Shown in pieces: positions 1 to 7,778 of a stretch of 28,911 bases of DNA. How positions within the stretch are numbered: position 1 is the first letter of the stretch; each line of letters begins with the position of its first letter. The position numbers and the translations under genes are program-made. This DNA is from a bacterium (lineage in GTDB: Bacteria > Krumholzibacteriota > Krumholzibacteriia > G020349025): positions 1 to 28,911 of the forward strand of contig JANLSU010000075.1 in NCBI GenBank assembly GCA_031362565.1, given 5' to 3'. The notes beneath the pieces are model-generated. The model was not told where the DNA came from, did no database searches, and saw only the letters and a program-made list of their open reading frames with translations.

Positions 1-10
1 GAGCGTGGCG

Positions 11-132
11 GTCTTCGGGGGTGGGGCACCCCCGCCCACACAGCCAGCCCGGGCCGCGCCGCGCGCTTCGCGCGCAATATTGCATGCGCGCCCCCGTAAA
101 CCCGCGGTCGGGGGTCCCACACCCCCGAAGAC
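11..132 (+). repeat. 122-bp palindromic intergenic repeat, copy 1 (similarity to copy 3 extends to ~251)
   Basis: GTCTTCGGGGGTGGGGCACCCC...GGGGTCCCACACCCCCGAAGAC terminal arms, internal GCGCGCTTCGCGCGC hairpin and GTGCTCC tail. Same length and layout as 25508-25629. Confidence 0.85.
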
Positions 133-254
133 GTGCTCCCACTCGGACGCGGATCGGATCGCCGGCGAACCCTCCCCGTCACACAGCTGAGCACCGGAAC
201 GCAGCGCGACCTACGGCAGCGTATGGCGCCGAGCTGGGTGCTCGAGGCGGGGGC

Positions 255-1697
255 TTAGAATTCTTCTTGGCGCCAGCCGGCGTCGCCGTAGAAGGCTGAG
301 GTGGCGACGTGCAGGGTTGGGCCGTCACTCCAGAACATCGTCACGTGGCCTGATTCGTCGGCGGCGATCTGCGGCGGTTCGGGGGTGGTGAGCGCGTAGG
401 AGTCGAGTTCGGGAGACGCGAGCAAGCGCGACGGCACGCGGCCAAAGTCGGACAGGCGCGCGAAGCCCGGGCGGTAGGCGTTGGCGCGGATCTCGGTCCA
501 GGTGAGGTAGACGTTACCGTTGCGGTCGGCGGCGAGGCGCACCGGCGGATGCAGTTGATGAACATCCTGCCCGGCGTACGGTGCAATGGGGCCCCCGGTC
601 GGCGTGACGGTCGTGCGAAAAGTCGCGCCGCGGTCGTCGGAAGCGGCGGCGACGACGCACGGTGATCCATCGGCGGCGGTCGACGTCCACGCCGCGTACA
701 GATGATCGCGATCGCCAATGCGTAAAGTGGGGGCGGAGGCCTCCGGGAAGACGCCCGACGCGATGAGCGGGCGGGCGGGCTCCCAGAAGTCACCACGGTT
801 CGTCGAACGGCTCCAGTACACTTGCTGGCCGCGTGATCCGCGTTCGACCCACAGGGCAACGACGATGCCGTCATCGAAGGCGGCGACATCGATGGTGAGT
901 GCCGCCTCGTTGGTTGGCAATTGCACGTCGGACAGCGACCAGTTTTCCCCGCCGTCGTGCGACGCATTGCAGAAGGCACGCGCCGCGCCGTCGCGCCATT
1001 CGATCCAGGCAACGTACACGTTGCCGAACGTGTCCGCCGCCAGACGTGGCGTCAGTTTCCGTCCAAGACCGAGCGCCGTGATACGCACATCGCGTGAACC
1101 CCACGTGACGCCCGCGTCGTGCGAAGAGTTGGCGAAGAAGGCGTCGAATCCATCCCGGTCGTCGCGCCACACGGCGCACAGACCGTCACGCGAGCCGGCC
1201 GCGAAGACCGGCCCGACGACATGCGACAGGCCGGGCGGGTTGGTGTTGATCCGCTGATCGGCGAGCCACGTCCGGCCGCCGTCGCGGCTGCGGTTGAAAT
1301 ACACGTCCACCGGCCCGGACCGCCCGTCCTCCCAAAGCACGTAAACCGCGGAGTTGGCGCCGACGAGGATCTGTGGCCGGCGCCTGCCGCGCGGGCCCGC
1401 ACCGAATGGTGCCGGTGCGGCGACCTCCCAGGGCGCGCCCGGTGCCGGCGCGCTCGCGAACATGAAGCGGGGCGCACCATCGACCGCTTGGGTGAGGGCC
1501 ACGGCGTAGCTTCGCCCCGCAACCGGATCGATGGCGAGAGCCGGGTCCCAGTACCGGTCGGCGCGCACGGCATTTGCGTCGGCACGCGGCAAGGGCGCAC
1601 AGCGCGGGACGGCAAGCATCAGGAGCGCGGCGGCGGCGCCGCGAAAAAGGTTGTGGGCCGCTGGGTGCGTCCTGCACAGTTCGCGCCTGGAGGTCAT
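255..1697 (-). CDS. Exported BNR/Asp-box repeat (sialidase-like beta-propeller) protein
   Basis: Five Asp-box-like motifs: RSRDGGRTW, SSHDAGVTW, ASHDGGENW, RSTNRGDFW, ASDDRGATF. Hydrophobic N-terminal stretch ends at a Cys (possible lipoprotein). Start uncertain: ATG 1697 chosen, ORF open to 1784. Confidence 0.75.
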   Translation of the reverse strand: MTSRRELCRTHPAAHNLFRGAAAALLMLAVPRCAPLPRADANAVRADRYWDPALAIDPVAGRSYAVALTQAVDGAPRFMFASAPAPGAPWEVAAPAPFGAGPRGRRRPQILVGANSAVYVLWEDGRSGPVDVYFNRSRDGGRTWLADQRINTNPPGLSHVVGPVFAAGSRDGLCAVWRDDRDGFDAFFANSSHDAGVTWGSRDVRITALGLGRKLTPRLAADTFGNVYVAWIEWRDGAARAFCNASHDGGENWSLSDVQLPTNEAALTIDVAAFDDGIVVALWVERGSRGQQVYWSRSTNRGDFWEPARPLIASGVFPEASAPTLRIGDRDHLYAAWTSTAADGSPCVVAAASDDRGATFRTTVTPTGGPIAPYAGQDVHQLHPPVRLAADRNGNVYLTWTEIRANAYRPGFARLSDFGRVPSRLLASPELDSYALTTPEPPQIAADESGHVTMFWSDGPTLHVATSAFYGDAGWRQEEF

Positions 1698-1940
1698 GGG
1701 CTTTGGGCCACCGATCGGTCGAGTGAGAGCGAGCGTCAGAACATCCATGAGCTCACCGCGGCAACTAGCGTGCAGGTCATCCAATCGGCAGTTTCAACCC
1801 GCAGGTGCGGCGGCTCGTTGCGCCTCGGACGAAGGCTCGGGAGCTTTTCCCCTGTTCGTCAGTATAAGCCCATCGACGCGTTGCGAAGCAAACGGCGCGA
1901 GCGTCGTCACATGGAAACGAGGCACGGAGGTGCCTGGACT

Positions 1941-3374
1941 ATGAAACTGCGTGATGTCGCTCTCGCCGGTTTGGTGCTCTTGCGACCGCTTGCCGCCGAC
2001 GCCGCCCGGCGTCCGGCCGCGAAACCGCCCAGCGCCTCGCACGAGGCGGCGCTGCTCGCCGCCGGCGGCGGCGAGCTGCAGCGCCAGATCTATTTGGCGC
2101 GCGACCGGGTCCTGCCGGCACTCGTCAACGTCCAACCGGTGTTGAGCGACTTCAGCTCCGGGCAGAAGGAAAAGCAGCGCGTTACCGGCAGCGGCGTCGT
2201 CATTCGCGACAACGGCTACGTGGTGACGAACTATCACGTCGCCGGCCAGTCCGAGGCGGTCATTTGCACCCTCTGGAACAAGGAGCGCGTCAAAGCCCGC
2301 CTCGTGGGCGGCGACGCGTTGACGGATCTCGCAGTCCTGCAACTCGACCTGTCGGACTACAAAGGCGCGCCGCCGCGGCCGGCCGTCTTCGGTGATTCAC
2401 GCACTCTGCAGACCGGCCAGATGGTCATGGCCATGGGCAGCCCGTTCGCACTGTCGCGGTCGCTCAGTTTTGGTGTCGTGAGCACGACCGATCGCTACCT
2501 GTCGTCGGACTTCCGCCTGCCCTCCGGGGAACGCACCGGTTTCTTCAACACTTGGATTCAGACCGACGCCGCGATCAACCCGGGCAACAGCGGTGGCCCG
2601 TTGGTGGATCTATCGGGCGAGGTGGTGGGCATCAACTCCCGCGCCTTCGCGCTCGCCAACAGCCTGGGTTTTTCGATTCCGTCGAGCGTCGTCAAGGAAG
2701 TCGTCGATCAAATCATTCGCAACGGCCGCGTCGAACGCAGCTGGATCGGCGCCGAGGTTCAGCCATTGCAAGAACTCGAGGACGTCTTTGGTGCCGATGT
2801 CGGCGAGGGCGTGCTGGTGAGCGACGTGGAACCCGATTCGCCGGCGGTCGCTGCCGGCTTGCGCGCCGGTGATTTGCTGACCCGCATCGACGGCGAACCG
2901 GTGTCGGCGCGTTTTTACGAAGAGATTCCGCGCTTCTACAAGAAAATCGCCGATCTGCCGGCCGGCAGAACGATCGAAGTCGAAATGCGGCGCGACGGCG
3001 CCCCCGTGCGGGTACAGATCACGACCCAAGAGTACGGCCGGCCGAGCGGCATCGACTTCGAGGTCAAAGACTGGGGTTTTGCGGTCCGCAGCATCACCAA
3101 GCAGATGGCGCTCGACCAGCGGCTCGAAACTCTGGATGGGGTTCTCGTCGCCGGTGTGAAGGCCGGCGGACCGGCCGATCTTGCCGGCCTCTCGACGAAC
3201 GACGTCGTGCGCTCCGTGGACGAGGCTGGCGTCCCCGGCTTGGAAGGATTTCGTGACGTTTACAAGCAGCGCGTCGATGGTCACGCGACACGAATCATGC
3301 TGCAGGTGCGGCGCCGCGATTCGGGGCGCTTCGTGCTGCTGAAACTAGCGCCCGCCAAGGGCGAGGGGAGCTGA
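1941..3374 (+). CDS. htrA: HtrA/DegP-family serine protease, protease domain + 2 PDZ, catalytically intact
   Basis: GGAGG at 1926-1930 before ATG 1941; signal peptide; GSGV, TNYHV, TDLAV, QTDAAINPGNSGGPL motifs; two C-terminal PDZ-like domains. Confidence 0.92.
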   Translation: MKLRDVALAGLVLLRPLAADAARRPAAKPPSASHEAALLAAGGGELQRQIYLARDRVLPALVNVQPVLSDFSSGQKEKQRVTGSGVVIRDNGYVVTNYHVAGQSEAVICTLWNKERVKARLVGGDALTDLAVLQLDLSDYKGAPPRPAVFGDSRTLQTGQMVMAMGSPFALSRSLSFGVVSTTDRYLSSDFRLPSGERTGFFNTWIQTDAAINPGNSGGPLVDLSGEVVGINSRAFALANSLGFSIPSSVVKEVVDQIIRNGRVERSWIGAEVQPLQELEDVFGADVGEGVLVSDVEPDSPAVAAGLRAGDLLTRIDGEPVSARFYEEIPRFYKKIADLPAGRTIEVEMRRDGAPVRVQITTQEYGRPSGIDFEVKDWGFAVRSITKQMALDQRLETLDGVLVAGVKAGGPADLAGLSTNDVVRSVDEAGVPGLEGFRDVYKQRVDGHATRIMLQVRRRDSGRFVLLKLAPAKGEGS

Positions 3375-3375
3375 A

Positions 3376-4749
3376 ATGCGCGCCACTCGAGCCGCGATCA
3401 CGATCGCGCTCACGATCGGAACGGTCTCATCCGCGCGGTTGGCGATAGCGAGCCCGCACAGTGGGTTCGAACAGTACCGGCGCTCGGTCGTCGCGGTGAC
3501 CTATTCGGTGGAGACGAATGTCATGCGCGAGGTCCGCGAGGTCGCGGGCCGCGACGTCGGAGTCTTGGTGGGCAAAGGGCTCGTGCTCCTGAACGGCACC
3601 GTCGCGACGTCTTCCTCCACCGGCGCGCAGCCGCACGACTTCCGGGTGCGGTTTGCGAACGGTGAAGAGCGCGACGCGACGTTGGTGGGCCGTGATGAAT
3701 TCGCCAACCTGGCGTTCGTGGAACTCACGGGCGATTTGCCGGCCGGCGCCGTGCCACTGCCGCTCGGGGGCAAGAAGACGGCCGCGGTCGGGGAGCGGGT
3801 CTATGCGCTCGGACTTCTGCCCGAAAACCTCGAGCCCATGGTACGCCTGACGGAAGGCCGCATCGTCGCGACCGTCGAACGGCCTAAAGCGCTCGTCATC
3901 ACCGACCTGGCGGTCGAGGATGCACTCGGCGGCCCGGTCTTCACCGAAAATGGCACGCTGCTCGGCGTCTTGTCGGAACTCGGCGAAGCCGGTCCTTCGT
4001 TCGCGCAGGGACTCGGCGGCGACAACGATCGCACCACGGGTCTCATCGTCGATTTGCCGACCATCGCCCGTCTCGTCGATGCACCGCCGCGCAAGGGCGA
4101 ATTGCGCCGCTCGTGGCTCGGCATCACCTTGCAGGCGCTCGACAAGGACAAAGCCGAATACTGGAAGCTCGGAGACGCGACCGGAATCATCGTCAATTCG
4201 GTGATGGCCGGGTCGCCGGCGGCGGCGGCGGGACTGCAAGAGGGCGACATCGTCGTGACCATGGACGGCGCCAAGATCCCGGTGAACCAGGATGAGCATG
4301 TACCGATCTTCGTCGAGCAGATCGGCTCGCGGCCGGTGGGCAGCAAGATGCGGCTTGGAGTCGTGCGCCAGGGACGCCGTATCGAAGCGACGGTGGATCT
4401 GGTGGCGGCGCCGAAATCGCGCCTCGACGCCGAGATCTATCACAGCGAGGAGTTCGAGTTCACGGTGCGCGAACTCGTGTTCCAGGACTATCGCAATTTC
4501 GATCTCAAACCGGGCTTCAAGGGCGTTCTCGTCAACAAGATCGAAGAGGGCGGCTGGGCGGGCGTCGGCGGACTCGAGACCGGCGACATCATTCAAAAAG
4601 TCGACGATCGTGAAATCGTTGCCCCGGGCGACGTGAAGACCGTCCTCGCCGACGCCGTGACGAAGCAAAAACGCAAGCTCGTCTTCTTCGTGCAACGCGG
4701 CGGCCGCACTCAATTCATCACCGTCCAACCCAACTGGGGCCAATCCTGA
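3376..4749 (+). CDS. HtrA-like pseudoprotease (degenerate trypsin-like domain + 2 PDZ)
   Basis: Collinear with the upstream HtrA, but LLNGTVA / ANLAFV / EDALGGPV replace VTNYHVA / TDLAVL / PGNSGGPL. PDZ hallmarks RSWLGI, GSPAAAAGLQEGDIV and GGLETGDIIQKVD. Starts 1 nt after the upstream stop. Confidence 0.85.
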   Translation: MRATRAAITIALTIGTVSSARLAIASPHSGFEQYRRSVVAVTYSVETNVMREVREVAGRDVGVLVGKGLVLLNGTVATSSSTGAQPHDFRVRFANGEERDATLVGRDEFANLAFVELTGDLPAGAVPLPLGGKKTAAVGERVYALGLLPENLEPMVRLTEGRIVATVERPKALVITDLAVEDALGGPVFTENGTLLGVLSELGEAGPSFAQGLGGDNDRTTGLIVDLPTIARLVDAPPRKGELRRSWLGITLQALDKDKAEYWKLGDATGIIVNSVMAGSPAAAAGLQEGDIVVTMDGAKIPVNQDEHVPIFVEQIGSRPVGSKMRLGVVRQGRRIEATVDLVAAPKSRLDAEIYHSEEFEFTVRELVFQDYRNFDLKPGFKGVLVNKIEEGGWAGVGGLETGDIIQKVDDREIVAPGDVKTVLADAVTKQKRKLVFFVQRGGRTQFITVQPNWGQS

Positions 4750-4792
4750 TGGAAGTCGGCGCGACGTCGCCGCGGTGAGAGAAAGCAGCCGA

Positions 4793-4824
4793 GAAACGGG
4801 CTCCGGTTTTCCGGAGCCCGTTTC
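4793..4824. terminator. Probable intrinsic (possibly bidirectional) terminator
   Basis: Perfect 14-bp stem GAAACGGGCTCCGG-TTTT-CCGGAGCCCGTTTC, 43 nt downstream of the htrA-like stop, between convergent genes. Confidence 0.65.
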
Positions 4825-4850
4825 GTTGGACGTCTTGTTGCGCATCGAAA

Positions 4851-4997
4851 GCGCGGGGGCGCGCCAGACGAGTGGCCGGGCGAGTCACGAGGGCCCGGAG
4901 GCCCGGAGGGCCGAGAGGGCCCCGAGTGAGGGAGCGAGCCGACAGGATGTCGGCGAACGACCGCGAGCCCGGACGCTCGTCTGGCGCGCGCCCGCGC
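4851..4997. repeat. 147-bp branched palindromic element (MITE/REP-like or structured ncRNA)
   Basis: 31-nt arms 4851-4881 and 4967-4997 are complementary at 28/31 positions. Nested internal stems: TCAC/GTGA, GGGCCC/GGGCCC, GGCCC-GGA-GGGCC, GCCGACA-GGA-TGTCGGC. Confidence 0.65.
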
Positions 4998-5046
4998 CGC
5001 CGCAGAAGCACCCCGCCGGACGCACGGCGGCTCCCCGCCGCGCGTA

Positions 5047-5724
5047 CTAGTGTTGCTGCTGCGCCTGCGCCTCCGCCTTGGCGCGCAGCGCCTCGTTCGC
5101 CGCGATCTGGATTTCGACCCGGCGATTCTGCTGCTGCCCGTCGGCGGTCTCGTTGGCGGCCACCGGTTGGGCTTCGCCGAGTCCCTTGGCGACCAGACGC
5201 GAGCCCGCGACACCGTACGTCACCAAGTAGTCCTTCACCGCATAAGCGCGTTGCTCGGAGAGTTTCTGGTTGTACGAGTCGCTGCCGCGGTTGTCGGTAT
5301 GGCCGACCACGACCAAGTTCGTGTCCGGATACTTTACGAGGACGTTGGCCATTCCCTGAATGTTGTCCTTGGCGGTCGTCTTGATCGCGTAGGAATCGGT
5401 GTCGAACAAGATGGCGCTTTGGAACTTGACCTTGAGTTCGTCGCCGTCCTGCACGACCTCGGCCCCCGGCACCTGCTCGAGGTCTTTCTTCTGCTTCGCC
5501 ATATAGTCGCCGATGATGGCGCCGGCCGCCGCACCGACCGCGCCGCCGACCACCGCACCCGTGCCGGTCTTGCCGCCCTGGTGGCCGATGATCGCGCCGG
5601 TTGCGGCGCCGACCGCACCGCCGATCCCGGCGCCTTTCTTGGCGCCTGAACATCCGCCGGCAGCCAGCGTGAATGCCAGTCCGAAGCAAAGGACCCGGAC
5701 ACCGTGCCGTGATGTGACTCGCAT
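5047..5724 (-). CDS. OmpA-family peptidoglycan-binding lipoprotein with glycine zipper (YiaD-like)
   Basis: AGGAGG RBS before ATG 5724; lipobox-like LAAGGC; Gly-zipper GAAxGAxxG repeats; ILFDTDS, GHTDNRGSDSYNQKLSEQRA and NRRVEI motifs. Confidence 0.92.
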   Translation of the reverse strand: MRVTSRHGVRVLCFGLAFTLAAGGCSGAKKGAGIGGAVGAATGAIIGHQGGKTGTGAVVGGAVGAAAGAIIGDYMAKQKKDLEQVPGAEVVQDGDELKVKFQSAILFDTDSYAIKTTAKDNIQGMANVLVKYPDTNLVVVGHTDNRGSDSYNQKLSEQRAYAVKDYLVTYGVAGSRLVAKGLGEAQPVAANETADGQQQNRRVEIQIAANEALRAKAEAQAQQQH

Positions 5725-5882
5725 GCGAAGCCTCCTGTTGCAGTCGGCGCCACGCGCGCCGCGAAGTTCGAATGTGCGGATGACAGAACCTGAACAGTTC
5801 TGGCGCCGCGCCAACCGGGCGCGGCAGCGCTGGCAGCGCGCGCCGGATTCGGCTAGTGTCGCGGTGCCGAAAGGGAGATTGC

Positions 5883-6776
5883 GTGGCCGATGTCGCCTAT
5901 GTCAACGGCTGGGTGGGCCCCCTGGAACAGGCGCGAGTGGCGGTCCAAGATCGTGGCTTCCTGCTGGGTGACGGCGTGTACGAAGTCATGCGCACGTACG
6001 GCGGCCGCATCTTCGAATTCGATGCCCACCTCGACCGCCTCGACCAGAGCCTGCGCCGGGTGCGGATCCGGCGGCCCATGGCGCGGCGCGCACTCCGTGA
6101 CGTCGTGCTCGAGCTCCACCGGCGGAGCGGCTACCGCGATGTCCGCATCTACGTTCAGGTCACCCGCGGCGTCGCGCCGCGCCAGCATGGGTTCCCGCGC
6201 CGGGCGCGGCCGACGCTCGTTGTTTGGGCCGAAAAGATTCCGGCCGTGAAGGCGGCTTTTGCGGTGCGCGGCGTGCGCGTCGTGACGGTCGCCGATTTTC
6301 GCTGGGGCCGGTGCGACATCAAGGCCGTCGGCTTGCTGGCCAACGTGCTCGCCAAACAACACGCCTTGGAAGCCGGGGCACACGACGCGGTTTTTGTCGG
6401 GGCGGATGGTGCGGTGCGCGAAGCTTCGACCGCGAACGTCTTCATCGTGCGCGGCAAGACGTTGCAAACCCATCCTCTCGGCCGCGAAATCCTGCCGGGT
6501 GTGTCGCGCGGCGTGGTGCTGGAAATCGCGCGCGCCGCGGGCATTCGCGTCCGCGAAACGCGGTTCCGGTTCGGGACGCTGCGGACGGCGGACGAAGTCT
6601 TCTTGTCGAGCACGATGCAGCAGGTTTTGCCGGTCGTGCGGGTGGACGGCCACCGCATCGGCACCGGCCGCCCGGGGCCGGTCGTGATGCAACTGCAGGC
6701 TTTGTTCGCAGCGCGGGCGGCGAGGACTGCAGCCCCCGGACGTAGCGCACTGCGGCGGCCGCGCCGCGGCTCATGA
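5883..6776 (+). CDS. dat: Class IV PLP aminotransferase, D-amino-acid aminotransferase-like
   Basis: DRGFLLGDGVYEV, HLDRL, YVQVTRG, RCDIK (catalytic Lys), ILPGVSR, ADEVFLSST. GTG start after GGGAG. Confidence 0.85.
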   Translation: MADVAYVNGWVGPLEQARVAVQDRGFLLGDGVYEVMRTYGGRIFEFDAHLDRLDQSLRRVRIRRPMARRALRDVVLELHRRSGYRDVRIYVQVTRGVAPRQHGFPRRARPTLVVWAEKIPAVKAAFAVRGVRVVTVADFRWGRCDIKAVGLLANVLAKQHALEAGAHDAVFVGADGAVREASTANVFIVRGKTLQTHPLGREILPGVSRGVVLEIARAAGIRVRETRFRFGTLRTADEVFLSSTMQQVLPVVRVDGHRIGTGRPGPVVMQLQALFAARAARTAAPGRSALRRPRRGS

Positions 6777-6791
6777 TCGAGGAGGAACCGC

Positions 6792-7016
6792 ATGGCGAAG
6801 CATGTCATCATCGAATACTGCGTCGTCTGAAACTACTTGCCCCGGGCCGCCAGTTTGGCGGCCGAACTGAAGAAGGCCGCCGGCGCCGAGGTCGAATTGC
6901 GTCCCGGGGCGCGCGGTGCGTTCGAAGTCAGCGTCGACGGGTCGACGGTCTTCAGCAAATTGGCGCTCGACCGCTTCCCCAAGACGCCGGAAATCCTGGT
7001 TCACCTGGTGCCGTAG
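6792..7016 (+). CDS. selW: SelW/SelT/SelH (Rdx) family selenoprotein, 74 aa, Sec at codon 13
   Basis: GAGGAGG RBS, then ATG 6792. Translates as MAKHVIIEYCVV-U(TGA 6828-6830)-NYLPRAASLAAELKKAAGAEVELRPGARGAFEVSVDGSTVFSKLALDRFPKTPEILVHLVP*. Has the Rdx hallmarks I-E-Y-C-x-x-U, GAFEV, VFSK and RFP, and fills the gap between dat and GDPD. Confidence 0.9.
6845..6863 (+). promoter_or_regulatory. Candidate bacterial SECIS element
   Basis: GGCCGCC-AGTTT-GGCGGCC hairpin. The apical loop starts about 21 nt after the UGA and has GU near its 5' side, as expected for bacterial SECIS. Confidence 0.7.
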
Positions 7017-7043
7017 CGCCCTGAGCTCGAGGGGAGAGATGAC

Positions 7044-7778
7044 GTGTCGAACGACGCCGGCGCCGGTTTCGAAGTCATTGCCCATCGTGGCGCCTCGGGC
7101 CGCGCGCCGGAAAACACCCTTGCGGCACTCGAGCTGGCGATCGATTCCGGCGCCCGGTGGGCCGAGGTGGATGTGCAGCGAACCAGCGACGGAGTGCTCG
7201 TTCTCGTGCATGACGACACCTGGTTGCGCACCGGAGGCCTCGACCGAGCCATTGCGGCGACGCCGTGGAACGCGGTCCGCGGGCTCGACGTCGGCGGTTG
7301 GTTCGCGCCGCACTTCGCGGGCCAAGCGCCGCCGACACTCGAAGCGGCACTGCGGCTCGAATCGCTGTCTTTCAACCTCGAAATCAAATCGCCGGAGCAC
7401 CACCCAGATCTCGGCTTCGACGTCGTGGCGGCGGTGCGGCGCATGGGTGCCGCGGCGCGGGTTCTCCTGACGTCGTTCGACGCGGGCTTGGTGGAAGCTC
7501 TGGCGGACGCGGCTCCGGAACTGCAGTTCGGCTATTTGTCCGTGCGGCCGCCCGAGAGGCGCCACGCGCGGATCCGCACCTTCGTACTGGCCGAGGATCA
7601 CATTGTTCCCGCGTGGGTGCGCGAACGGCATGCCGAAGGATCGGTGGTGTGGGCGTGGACCGTCGATGATGTGTCACGGGCCCAAGCCCTGCGGGATGCG
7701 GGGGTCGCAGCCGTGATTTCGAACTATCCGGAGCGTCTCGCGGGACTGCGGCGTTTGCCGGCCGCCGGCGAACCTTGA
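7044..7778 (+). CDS. Glycerophosphodiester phosphodiesterase (GDPD, UgpQ/GlpQ-like, cytoplasmic)
   Basis: IAHRGASGRAPENTLAA, EVDVQRTSDGVLVLVHD, NLEIK, AWTVDD and VISNYP motifs. Confidence 0.92.
   Translation: MSNDAGAGFEVIAHRGASGRAPENTLAALELAIDSGARWAEVDVQRTSDGVLVLVHDDTWLRTGGLDRAIAATPWNAVRGLDVGGWFAPHFAGQAPPTLEAALRLESLSFNLEIKSPEHHPDLGFDVVAAVRRMGAAARVLLTSFDAGLVEALADAAPELQFGYLSVRPPERRHARIRTFVLAEDHIVPAWVRERHAEGSVVWAWTVDDVSRAQALRDAGVAAVISNYPERLAGLRRLPAAGEP

Noticed and set aside
11..132. CRISPR array or integron attC interpretation of the palindromic repeats
   Set aside because: Copies are kilobases apart with no regular spacers, there is no cas or intI gene, and the ends do not fit RYYYAAC/GTTRRRY.
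255..1697. Calling the Asp-box protein a true sialidase
   Set aside because: No (F/Y)RIP motif is visible, and Asp boxes alone indicate only a propeller fold.
1119..1940. 274-aa N-terminal extension of HtrA in the ORF track
   Set aside because: It overlaps the opposite-strand Asp-box gene. The RBS and signal peptide place the start at 1941.
3376..4749. Second HtrA as a pseudogene
   Set aside because: Full-length uninterrupted ORF with host-like codon usage, signal peptide and intact PDZ domains. Only the catalytic positions are changed.
6773..7024. 83-aa ORF (and 6916-7470) offered by the ORF track for the dat-GDPD gap
   Set aside because: Arg-rich, motif-less translations. The RBS-preceded SelW frame with UGA read-through explains the region much better.
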